A stretch of 64,000 bases of DNA from the human T2T-CHM13v2.0 reference genome, Homo sapiens. This document shows, piece by piece, positions 15,932 through 28,492 of this stretch. The notes under the pieces are model-generated. The model made no database searches, was not told the origin of the DNA, and saw nothing but the letters and a program-made list of their open reading frames with translations. The position numbers were made by a program, and so were the translations under genes. The DNA lies in the NCBI RefSeq assembly GCF_009914755.1, contig NC_060926.1; one strand, 5' to 3'. How positions within the stretch are numbered: position 1 is the first letter of the stretch; every line of letters starts with the position of its first letter.

Positions 15932-16232
15932 GACTGGGCATGGTGGCTGGTGGCTCCCGGGTGTAATCCCAGCACGCTGAAAGGCTGGGGTAGCAGGATT
16001 GCTTGAGCCCGGGAGTTTGACATCAGCCTGGGCAATGTAGCGAGGCCCTGTCTCTTAAAAAAAAAAAAAAGTAGCCAGGTGTGGTGATGTGTGCCTGTGA
16101 TCCCAGCTTCTTGGGAGGCTGCGGTGGAAAGATTGCTTGTGCCCAGGAGGTTGAGGCTATGGTAAGCTGTGTTTGCACCACTGTACTCCAGCCTGGGCAA
16201 TGGAGTAAGACTGTGTCTCTTTAAAAAAAAAA
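15932..16232 (+). mobile_element. Alu (AluJ)
   Basis: Diverged dimeric Alu, TSD AGTTGATGA. Confidence 0.9.
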
Positions 16233-17453
16233 GTTGATGAGAGAAATACGCAAGGAAGGATGCGCCTCTCCTTCTGGATAATGTGTTTCATTCCAGATAT
16301 CAAAACTATCTCCAGCTGGATTACATACATGTTAGAAGAAAGTTGAATGTAAATGTGGTAGTGACATTTTGGGCTTATAATGTCTTAGTTTCCTTTGTAG
16401 CAAAAAGAGTTTTAAAAATCCATGTTGAAAAAGAGGGAAAAAGTTAGGACTTGTTACTAATCTCGTGGCTGAATAATTAAGTGTGCCTAATTCTGAAAGT
16501 AGCAAGCTAAATTATGCAGTGCCAAAAGTGACAACTCTTATACCTACACCATCCCGTCTACAGCGGCATGATTTTAGCTTTATAGCTAAAAAACGCTGCC
16601 AGAAAACCTAATAAAAGGAAGCAAAAATATTTCTGTTTATATCAAGCTGCCATTTGAGAAAGATTTTAAAATATGTTCTTTCCTATGTGTAAATCTGACA
16701 GCAGATGCATAATTAAAACCCCAGTGGAGAGTTTCCATTTAATCTTTTCAAAGTTAACTGATAAACATCCTTTAGGATGTGAAGTGATGGGTTAATTCTG
16801 TTTGGATTGTTTGGAATATCTCTGAGCTGGAATACTGTCTTCAAGAATATTGTTTCGTGCTAAAAGAACACAAGACAGTTATCTTTATCTTTAGGAGTTC
16901 ATACAATCACAGGAAGTGCAGACAACATGCCAAAGGCCACACATGCATCTATGATGAGTGATGCTTGTCTTAGATGTTTTTTAATTGGCAGAATGAATAA
17001 ATGGATACATTCACATTAAAACAAACTTGATTTCAACCCCCAGGGAATATGTCACATAGCATAAATGGGAGAAATAATAATTACCCAGGATTTCAGTTCA
17101 GTGTAAGCAATCGGTATGAATAATTTAGACCACAAAGTGGATTTTTATTTCGCTTGAGCTATTCAGATTGACTTTCTACACAGCCTGAACGGCTGCTGAA
17201 TAATCACAGGCAAAATTTTCCACTGGTACCGCACTGTGTAGACACACGTGTATCTACACGATTGCAAACTGCCCAGCTGTGGATACGGGGCCCTGTTCAA
17301 ACCAAATATCAGGACAAACATTCTACTTCATTGTGGTGTTCCATGTAACCTTGAGTACACACAGCCATACCTGAACCTTTCATTACGTCTTCCACCAGGT
17401 GAAAGCCCATTCCTGCTCCTTCTTCCCCTCCTCTATACACATGTGCTCTCAAG

Positions 17454-17507
17454 AGTGTGTGTGTGCACGTGTGTACACACACACGTGCACACACACATAC
17501 ACACACT
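17454..17507. repeat. (TG)n/(CA)n inverted microsatellite containing two CACGTG
   Basis: agtgtgtgtgtgcacgtgtgtacacacacacgtgcacacacacatacacacact. Confidence 0.9.
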
Positions 17508-19376
17508 GGTGCAAAAAAGGGCAGAAAGCAAGTGACTTCTGTCCTTAGACCACAGTTTGCCAGAAGTTCTCCTACTTGCTAGTACCCCATCTCTGCCCTT
17601 TAGGCTGGCTTTTGCCTGTCTAGCTAACTAAGACCTGCCAGATGCTTCTAACTTGTCTGGCCTGTAAATCTGTCTTGTCCTTCAAGTTTTCTCTGGACTT
17701 AATCAGTTGATGACGTGACCAATAGACCAGCAGACCAGTCCCTGCCCTGGTTACACACACATACACTCTCTCTCACACTCAGACAGACAGACATTATTAA
17801 ATATTGCAATCTCAAACAAGAACGTTCCCACCAATTATATGCATGAAATTGGTGGATATTGCACAACTTGGTTTCTGGACCTAGCTGAACCCCTCATTAA
17901 CTGTGTGACCACTGACAAGTCCCCTAACCCTGTGCCACATGAGATTGGACCAAAAAGGTCCCCTTCTTGTTCTAATCATCTTCAGTGAGGATGGCCAAGA
18001 TACGTTGCTCATAAATGCTGTGATCCAGCTGCCCATGTTGGAATATGCCTTAATCTCTGCCATGCAGAGTAAGCTTTAACCTTTCAAAATACAGCCTGAT
18101 ACATACAATCATGTTACGGAATGAATGGAAGGAAAGATTTCCAATACTAAAGTCTAGATGAATCACATATCTGGGTCTACACAACACACACACACATACG
18201 TATGTCCTTTTGATTAGGCAGTATAAATAGCTGAATCAAATCATTTTGTTCCCCTGAATTCCACAGCACTGTATGAACCATATACACTGTGATACTCACT
18301 CATCAAATAAAACTGAGTATGTGCTAATTTTCCTCTTCATTGGATAAAGAGTCAGATAAAGAATCCTGACTGCCCATTTTTTGTGGACTGAGGTTTTGCT
18401 CCCTGATCTGTTGAACCCATACAAGCATCAATAATAATAATAATAATTGTCTTTGAAGATTCAGGCCATTTAAGAGAAAGGAACTATGTAAGCAGAAGAG
18501 AAACTGACCTGTGGAGATCTTTACTTAAACCTCATCCAAATGCATTTTGCAAAGAGAAAGCTGAAATGCCAATTATGCTACTTGGGGATTCAGCAGAACT
18601 TATCTGACTGATGGAAGTGACCAATTTGAACCACTGACCCCAGAATATCCCAGCAGGGGCAATAATCAGCAGAGACCCTGCTACTTTTGTGGCTGTCTTG
18701 GCATCCTCACAGAGGCCTGGTTCAACCCTGAGCTGTACACAGGCTGGTTTAAATGTTTCCCCGCAGATTTTGGAAGCAACGTGCTGGGTCACTCGTAATA
18801 TAACCACATGCTTCAGTGTAGCCCTCCTACATTGCTTGCCTACATCTGAAAACACGAATCAAGAAAGAGAATACAGCTCCTTTCCACTTGACTAAAGAAC
18901 AGTCAATCCTGCCAGTAGACTAAAGGCTGGGGCATGGAACAATTTCCCAACACACTGACTTGATTTTGTGTAAACTGCTGAAAGAGAAGCTTTAGAAGCT
19001 GTGGCTGGGCTCAGAATCAGTGCCTCCAAAGGAGCACCGAATGACAGATTGATGGAGCTCATCAGAGAGGCACAGAGACCACAGGCCATTGGAATGGGGC
19101 CTTATTTGGATGGACTCATGGCCCAAAAAGGAAAGGGACACTGCCAACAGCTTCCCCTTTAGCCTGTGGGTTCCATTAGGAAGCCAGAACATGTCACTGG
19201 GAGAAAGTGCTATGACCACCCAATATGTGCACAGGTGCCTCTAGGTGGAAGAAAGGGAAAGGGCGTGTTTACAAGAAGAAGAGCACAAGTCAACAATGAG
19301 CTATGGATGCATGATGTCATCCTCTAGGACTAAGCATCCTTAGTACTTTTAAAGCACTTAAAAAAAAAAAAACTCT

Positions 19377-19392
19377 AGTTGCTATAGCAACT
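19377..19392. promoter_or_regulatory. Perfect palindromic RFX X-box
   Basis: AGTTGCTATAGCAACT matches RFX consensus GTTGCYATRGCAAC; binding is inferred. Confidence 0.6.
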
Positions 19393-20993
19393 TGATGCAG
19401 CTCTTAAAAGGGGATTTTTTTTGAGGGGGTCATTTTATATCTTCTATCACCATAACAACATGATATAGCTTTTTAAAGGGTATTTTTATCCAATTTGTGT
19501 GTGCCTTGGACTTGGGCCATATTTGCCTTTTCTATTTAAAATAATCAGATCAAGCATGACACATGAAAAATCATTGAAGGCAAGGAAGTGCTTTCATAGA
19601 CTATACATATACACTTAGAGAGACATCTCTAGCTGCTCATATGCTGCACATGGAGGCAGCCTCTCTCCCTGCCTCCAACCAGCCATCTGCTGTGGCTTAT
19701 CCTGGGCAGTTACAGTCCATGCCTCTGTATCTGAACTGGCATACCAAACCACTCCAGAAGGTGTGTCTATGAAATCCCTCACTTCTCAAGCCCAGCAAAT
19801 CCAGCCCCCTCCTCCAAAACTGCACAGGAGAGAGTGCCTTAGGGTGACTAGAGGTGTGACCAGCCAAGTGCCTTCTTCCATCCTGGGATTCAAAGCAGGA
19901 GTGGGGGGACACACACAGCCTTGTCAAGGTGATAAGCATGCGTTTCTGCTGCACTCTATACAGGTGAGTAACCGAGGGTGGGGGCTTTGTTTCACATGAC
20001 ACCCAGGGCCCAGGGAAAGTGGGGGATGGGAAAAGTGAGTGAGAGGAGAGGAAGAAAGAGGAATGAAGGGGTGGATGGAGAGCAGGGGTGGCTCCAGAAT
20101 TTCTCCACAGGAGCTCAGAGGCAGCAATCTGGCCACAGAGAGAGGGGTGGGGGCCTGAAGGACTATTGACACAGCATTCTTCATAAGGTTGAGAAAACGT
20201 GAACTGTTTATATCCAAAAAAAGAGAGAAGAGATGATGGAAAGAATAGGGGAACTATCCCTGCTCCCAGCTACCCCTTGGTACCACTAATGGTTGGAAAA
20301 AGTGGCAAGGGAACAAAAAAAGGGTCAAGAAATTGGAGAAGGGGCTGGGAGCTGGGGGAGAACACAAGGAAGGGAGGCAGAACAACAGCAGCTGAAGTCC
20401 TGGCCTCAGGCTAACGGGCTTTACTTTGGGGGGCGGTATAGACTGTAGGAGAAGCAAGTGGGAAGGAGATGTAGGGAAAGTGATCCTGGGGCAAGTGGTC
20501 ACCCTCTCCAGGGTAAAGGAGTTAGAGGCCACTGAGGGAGAAAACAGGGTAAAAGAAGAAAGCGGGGGAGACTATGAAAAGAAATAAAAGCGCCGAGGGT
20601 GGAGGGAGAAGGGGCTTTTGAGATCATCCTGGAGAGGAAACTGAGGCCTGGGGGTTGTGGGTGGAAAACAGGAAGGAACCGGTAGCCCTTGGCACGTATT
20701 CTTAGAGGAGAAAACGGAGGCTCACAAAGGTCAGATCACAGAGCCGGCCAGTGTTGGAGCACAGGCGGCCCGGGGTGAGCGCCAGAGGTGGGCTTTCTTC
20801 CCTCACTGAAAGCCGGGAGGGAGAGAGAGAGAGAGAACGGGGGCCGGCGGAGAAGAGGGCGAGACGAAAGTAAGCAAAGGGACATTAGAAGGGAAGGCAG
20901 AGCCGAGGGACGCGGACCGAGCGGCCGAGCAGTGGAAAGGGCGGCAGGTGAAAGGCACAGAGAGGAAAGATGCGCGGGGGACGCGCCGCTCAC

Positions 20994-21384
20994 CTATGGT
21001 TGACACCACGGTGCCCACGAAGTAGAAGGCGCCGGGGAAGTCCCAGCGCGGGCGCAGCGCGTCGGCGCGGACGCCGGCGGCCAGCGCGGCCTCGTAGTGC
21101 CGGAGGAAGGCGCGCAGCTCTGGCTCGGCCACGCCGTGCGCAGCGCTGAAGTTGCGCAGCGTGGCGCCCCAGCGCGCCCGCGCCTCCGCCTCGCCGGGGC
21201 TCTCGAGCGCCGAGAAGACTGTGGCACCCGCCACCAGGTAGAGGCCGATGAGCGCCGCCAGCAGCACGAAGCGGCCGGTGTCCTCGTTGAGGTGCGAACG
21301 GCGGCAGCAGCAGCAGCAGCAGGAGGGGCGCGGCAGGCGGCGGCGGCTACGGCGGGGCGGGGGCCGGGGGCTGCGGGAGGACAT
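20994..21384 (-). CDS. KCNK12: Two-pore-domain K+ channel THIK-2 (K2P12.1), coding exon 1 (130 codons + 1 nt)
   Basis: ATG at 21384 (ACCATG); MSSRSPRPPPRRSRRRLPRPSCCCCCCRRSHLNEDTGRFVLLAALIGLYLVAGATVFSALE...WDFPGAFYFVGTVVSTIG covers M1, cap and pore helix P1; ends at donor ATAG|GTGAGC (GT at 20993-20992) inside the TIGFG filter; exon 2 is outside the window to the left. Confidence 0.97.
21305..21322 (-). repeat. KCNK12: Coding (CAG/CTG)6 repeat encoding poly-Cys
   Basis: cagcagcagcagcagcag on +; six TGC codons on -. Confidence 0.9.
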
Positions 21385-21394
21385 GGTCCGGAGC

Positions 21395-21439
21395 TCAGCC
21401 CCGGGGCCGGGGCGGCGCTCGGGGCCCGGGCCACGACAT
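21395..21439 (-). other. Upstream ORF (14 aa, MSWPGPRAPPRPRG) in KCNK12 5' leader
   Basis: GGGATGT context; TGA 10 nt before the main ATG; translation not shown. Confidence 0.55.
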
Positions 21440-22045
21440 CCCCCCGGCGGGAGCAGGAGCGTGAGGATGGTGGCCAGGGGTCCGGGGCCGCCGCGGAGCC
21501 CCTCGCCGCCTTCGCAGAGCCCCTCGTCGCCTTCCCAGAGCCCGGACAGAGGGGCGCCTCCGCCTCCTCCCCGGCGCTCAGGCCACACGCGAGTCCCGTG
21601 GCCCAGCGGGTGCCCGGGCAGGGGCGCTCCTCTGCGCGCCCCGACGCCTCGCCGGCTCCCGCGGCTCCTTACCCGCCGCTCTCGGGCGCGGGGCTCCGCA
21701 GCTAGGCCCCTGCCGCCCGGTGGCCGGCGTCCGCGGGGCCCCGGGCCTCATACTCCTCTCCAGACAGGCCGCGGGCTGCGGGCGGGGTGGGCCGTGGATC
21801 CCGGGCGCCTAGGACCGGGACGCGGCAGCAAGGCGTGGAGAGAGCCCCCGGGGGCGTCCCATGAGGCGTTCGGGATCGGCGCCTCCTAGGTGCGGGCTGT
21901 GCGGGCAGTCCTGCTCCCGCCCCCGGGGCTGAGCTGGCGGCGTCGGCTTCAGAGCCTCGGAGCCGAGCCGAGTCCGGGGAAGCGCTCCTTTCTCAGCTCC
22001 AGCCGAAGAGCCGCCCGGCAGGGAGAGGCGGAGTCACTGGCGCCC

Positions 22046-22067
22046 GGGGCGGGGTGTTGGGGAGGGG
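22046..22067 (+). promoter_or_regulatory. G-quadruplex motif with Sp/KLF GC box
   Basis: GGGG-C-GGGG-TGTT-GGGG-A-GGGG. Confidence 0.65.
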
Positions 22068-22518
22068 TGAGTAGGGACAGGAGGGAGGGGGTGGAGAGTT
22101 GGGCTGCTGCGACGCCTCCCGGTGGCTCTGGCGGCACCAATGCGGGGCACCGGAGCAGGTGTCCGACTGCGGTGCGGGCTACCACTCCGCCGGGGAACCT
22201 CGTCTTGCTCCTCCCTGCGCTTCGCCTCTGGAATCTCTCCCTTATCTCATGCCGCGGTGAAACTTTGCTCAAGTTGGTGGTGCTCTGAGGTCTCCAGGGC
22301 TGGAGGCCGCGCGACGCGAATCGCCGACACTGGATTCTCGGGCGTTAGTCCGAAGTTTAAGTTCCCTTCGTTCACTCCTTTGCCCTGGATCGAACCGCAG
22401 CCCCAGGACGCAGCGGGTTCCACTGGAAACGGGGAATCGGGGAGAGGCGGTCGCTGGGCTCCGGGCGACCTGGGAACGAGGGCGTTTGCTCCCCCTCCCG
22501 ACCGAGCGGGCGGCCGGC

Positions 22519-22539
22519 GTCAGCACCGCGGACAGCGCA
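22519..22539 (+). promoter_or_regulatory. REST/NRSF RE1 (NRSE) element
   Basis: GTCAGCACCGCGGACAGCGCA vs consensus TTCAGCACCACGGACAGCGCC; both half-sites intact with canonical 2-bp spacer. Confidence 0.88.
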
Positions 22540-24955
22540 TCGGTGCCGCAGCCGCGGGCGGGCGCCGCTAGGGCTGCCAGGGGTCCGAGGCGCGGGCAAG
22601 GCTGCTCACCCCGCTGTGCTGTGCACCCCAAACCTTCCCTGTTTTCCTTTCTACCTCCCGTGTGCACCCCCCTACCCGCCACCCGAGGCAGGTGCGGTCG
22701 CTGAAGCAGGCTGCTGACAGGGCGGGGACGCTGCGGAATAGAGACGGGGGAGGAGTCAAGCGCGGGTAGGGGGCCAAGGTGCCACAGGGAGAAAGAGCCC
22801 AGGCCCGGCGGACTGCCGGGCTCCTCGCGCCACCCCAGCTCACCGACCCCTCTAGCCCGGGGCGGGGAATAACACCCTGGGTGCGGCAGAGAGTAGAGGA
22901 ATAGAGGAGGTGTAGGGGAAGCTCACTGGCAGCTCCCCTGAGGCCGGCGCGGGGAACGGTGTGCTATGGAACGCCCCTGGGAAATGGTCGCCCCCCTACG
23001 CCCCACCGCGGCAGGAAAAGACGACGGATGCCCCGCGCGGCTGCGGGTGCTCCTCTGCTGGACACAAGCCGGCTTTGCCGGGGCCACAAAAGTTCTGGCG
23101 TGGAACACCCTCAGTACAGGCGGAAAATCATCCTCTTCGGGCAGCCAGCTCCTTCCCTGTCCTCCCGCTTACTATGGACTGCGGGAAGCAAGACCCTGGT
23201 GATGATATGATGGCAGAAAATAAAAATAATAATGGTGACTGTACTTAGATATCCCAGGTGGGTGAGCGGTGGCAAAAAGCAGACCCCTGCCCCCTGCCCT
23301 ACCGCCCATTTCCAATCCCGGGCTAAGGTCAACCCAAAGTGGTGGCAGCAGCGTCAGTCAATTACGGGTCATAGTACTAAAAGTGTTCCCTCCACTACTC
23401 ACTGAGCATTTCCCGCCTTCGAAACTAGGGCCGGTCGCAGACAGGAGAGCTGCTGAAAGCTGAAAGGCATTTGACTTGGGGTGTTGATTGTCCCAAACCA
23501 GGGTGCTCTGGAGATTTGGTTCTTCCCAGATATGCTGCCTCAGTTTATAGATGGAGCCAAGTACACTTCCCTCTGTGGTAGGGACAGATGGGTGGAAACT
23601 CCACCACCACCATTTCAGAACTAGGCTTCCTGGCACTGGATGGCATGTGGCTAGTTTTGCAGGGCTCTTCTTACAATGGGCCTAGGGTATCGTTGTGTGA
23701 GGGGGAGAATATCTTATCCACCAAGAAAGTCGAACCTCCCTCTTTTCTGGAGCACAGCAGAAGGTGTATACAAACACAAATTTTTGTTATTGCAGACTAT
23801 TGTTATTATTGCCAAAACAGTCAACTCTTTCTCCAAGGCTTTGGCTCCCCTGGACTCTCCACAGATGCTGCCCTAGGCCCTGTTCCCCCAGTACCCCCAC
23901 TCTTAACAGCTTCAGTACACAGTGAGGACAGCCCTGTCATGGACCTCTGGGGCTGGATTCCGCTTGGCTGGTCAGCTCTTGACAGAAGCCCTGAGATGTG
24001 TCATTCTAGGAGTTGCCCTGGAGACTCCAGATGTAACTGAAGGGCATTGCCAGGCCTCTCAGAGGCTATCTTTGCCCAGACTTCCCAAGCAAACACAGGG
24101 TGCTTCGCTGCAGTATTCTCTGCCTCTGGGACCAGTTCCTTGCCCAGTTGGCAGAAGGCCTGTCTTGTCCTCCAACTTGCTATTCTAGCTTGATTAGCAG
24201 CAAATCTCTGGCATCAATCTCAGCTCCGAATGACCTAATCAATTTGTGTAATAGGGAAATGATGAGTTCCCTGCACATAGGCACAGGATTTTTAGGGAAC
24301 CAGCCCCGTGATAAATGCGGCTTTTGCCCACTAAATCAATATTTAAGCTACTGACTTCCAGCTGGCTATGCTCAGAGCCTTTACCTCAGCCCTGAATTGC
24401 TGCAATAGACTCCTAAGGACAAGGGCTTGCTTAGTGTCTCCCCGCTTAGGTCCATCCTGCCTGCACCTGCCAGTCATCGCTGTGATCATGCCCATCTGAT
24501 ATGATCATGTGATTGAAGTATCTAAACCACAGTCTCCAATGGCTCCCCTAAAGCTATAAAAATGTAGTCTTTAAACCCTTGAGGCTGCCATTCAAAGACC
24601 TTGATGAGGTGATTCCTAACAAATCATTCCAGCCTCTCCTTCTACTAACTTTTACTTATTCCCCAAGTACTCTATATCCAGCCCAATCACCAGGCCTTTA
24701 CTTGTGCTGTGGCCCCTACTACAGCACTATCTTCTCTCTTCTCTCCAGCTCTTTACAAAAACCAGCTCAACTCAAGTTAGACATTTTTTCCAGAAAGTTT
24801 TTCCTTTGTAGGATGTTTTGAGCCAATCACTTTGATGCCATCTTTTCAACTCCATGATTATTGAATCTGCTATGCATGCAAAAATTTCAGATAAGACACG
24901 CAAATAGGTACGGCCTCTCTTTCTCTTTTCTGTCTCTCTCTGTGTGTCTTTCTGC

Positions 24956-24958
<3 letters not shown>

Positions 24959-24997
<39 letters not shown>
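24959..24997 (+). repeat. (CA)n microsatellite
   Basis: About 19 AC units. Confidence 0.95.
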
Positions 24998-24999
<2 letters not shown>

Positions 25000-25059
25000 C
25001 ACGCACATAAACACAATATAGGAGTGTTAACCCAGAAAATTAGGTAAGGTCAAATGGAA

Positions 25060-25615
25060 CCAGTTGGCAACTCCACTCCTAGGTATATACCCAAGAAGAT
25101 AAACAAAAATGTACCTTCACAAAAACTTGTACATGAATATTCATAGCAGCACCATTCATAATAGCCAAAAAGTAGAAAGTGATCAATCTGTAAGTCCATT
25201 AATTGATTAATAATAAATAAAATGTAGTATATACAATGACATATTTGGCAATAAGAAGGAATGAAGTACTAATATATACTACAATGTGCATAAATCTTGA
25301 AAACATACTAAATGAAAGAAGCCAGTCACAAAGGACCACATACTGTATGATTCCGTTTGTATAAAATATCCAGAATAGACAAATCTATAAAGACAAAACA
25401 CTTAGTGGTTGCTTAGGGGTGGGGGTTCAGGAGAATGGTAGTGTCTGCTAATGGGGATGGGGTTTCTTTTGGAAGTGATAAAAATGTTCTAAAGTTGATT
25501 GTGGTGATGATTGCACAGCTCTGTAAATATACTAAAAAGCATTGAATTGTACACTTTAAATGAATGAAGTGTATGGTATGTGAGTTACATCTCAGTAAAG
25601 CTGTTAAAAAACAAA
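25060..25615 (+). mobile_element. L1M (L1MB-like) 3' end
   Basis: ctcctaggtatatacccaag...gccagtcacaaaggaccacatactgtatgattcc...aaagctgttaaaaaa. Confidence 0.85.
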
Positions 25616-25621
25616 TACAAT

Positions 25622-25937
<316 letters not shown>

Positions 25938-25992
25938 GATATGAATTGAGATAATCTTTATCCAAAAAATGGAAACAAATTTATCCCAAGGA

Positions 25993-26347
<355 letters not shown>

Positions 26348-27507
26348 TTAGTTGTGTTACAGAGAAAATTATGAAATTAAATTTGAATAAAGGAGTTTCC
26401 TCCAAAATACTTTCTCTTAAAAATTAATCTGTGATGGTAAAATTTTGGTGACAAGTTTTGCATTCCAAGTAGTAGCAGATTCAAAATGTTCTGGTTGCCT
26501 TCAAACCTCTTTGATCTTCTTGTTCTCAGAACTCCTCTAGTACTCATTGTCTGCATTACTTATTGGCAATTAGCTGTGTAACGGGATACTTTTTTTTTTA
26601 AATATGGAGAAGATGGTTATCGCTATCCTGTGAAGGGTCAGTTGCGTTGCCTTCTTAGTAGTATAGATGCAGCAGCTCTTCTCCCCCCATTCTCCTGGAA
26701 TTAGGTTTTTATAAAACCTTTTATGTTTTAAGTCATTTGGCAAATGTTTCCTCACACCATGTTTCACAGAGCTGGTAACTGGGAAGAAGTGAACCAGTTT
26801 TACCCAGGGCCTTCCAGAATGGAAGGGAAAGACATCTGATTTGTCTTCTGTGAATTTAAGATTAAGGGGTCTTGTTGAGAAAAGCATGGGGAGAGTCTGG
26901 TCACAGCCCAGGACCTGGGAGAAAGGCCCCTTGAAATAAAATTATTCTGGGGAAGCAGGAGTCTGACTGGAGGCTTAGACAAGGGTCTAAGTGCTTTGGT
27001 GACACAGGATGTAACTGATGCTGGATGCCCTGTAGTTCGATCTCCCTAGAACTGTATGGGATTTGAAGACAAGGGTTGAATCTGGACTTGTGACCTGAGA
27101 AGACAGTAGCCTTGGTGCCTGAAGTGGTTCCTTATGATAAAGTGCATCTTGAGTGGTAATAGGCAAGAAATGTCTCAAATGGTACAGCAGCACTTAACGA
27201 TAACATTTGTAATAGCACTTACAATACTGTCCTCCTTTTCTTTCCATTGGCATTTGGAGGACAGGGTTCCTGTTGGACTGAAAAAAAACATGGGTAACGT
27301 GCCTCTATTTTCATATTGCTCTTATGTCTAGATGTTCTATCCATTATTGAAGGTGAAATATTGAGGTCTGCAACTACAAGAGTAAAACTATCTAGTTCTC
27401 CCTTCAATTATGTCAATGCTGGTGTCACATATTTTGAGGCTCTGTTGTTTGCTGCATATATGTTACAGTTGTTATAGCTTCTTGATGGATTTACCCTATT
27501 GTTAATA

Positions 27508-28315
<808 letters not shown>

Positions 28316-28439
28316 TGAGACTATCTTATAACTCAACTTGTTAAAAATTTGTGACTGTTCAGCTGCTCTCTGGTTATTTCCAAATAACTGATGAACAGAT
28401 TTTTATTGAGAACCTACCAGGTATAAAGCAGTGTACTAT

Positions 28440-28443
<4 letters not shown>

Positions 28444-28491
<48 letters not shown>
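28444..28491 (+). repeat. (TG)n microsatellite
   Basis: About 24 pure TG units. Confidence 0.97.

Positions 28492-28492
<1 letters not shown>

Larger units (their letters stand above)
20740..23180. promoter_or_regulatory. KCNK12: CpG island / KCNK12 promoter and first exon
   Basis: Very GC- and CpG-rich tract with GC boxes (GGGGCGGGG), spanning exon 1. Confidence 0.92.

Noticed and set aside
18500-19250. Possible processed pseudogene or cryptic exon in unique sequence
   Set aside because: Short ORFs without recognisable homology, poly-A tail or TSD.
20803-21588. 261-aa ORF as a complete protein or N-terminally extended THIK-2
   Set aside because: It starts at GTG and reads through the splice donor into the intron. 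Open frames upstream of the ATG are expected in GC-rich DNA, and nothing supports non-AUG initiation.
21097-21889. 202-aa and 213-aa antisense ORFs (including a poly-Gln stretch)
   Set aside because: Shadow ORFs from the stop-poor CpG island and the opposite strand of the KCNK12 exon; no recognisable domain.
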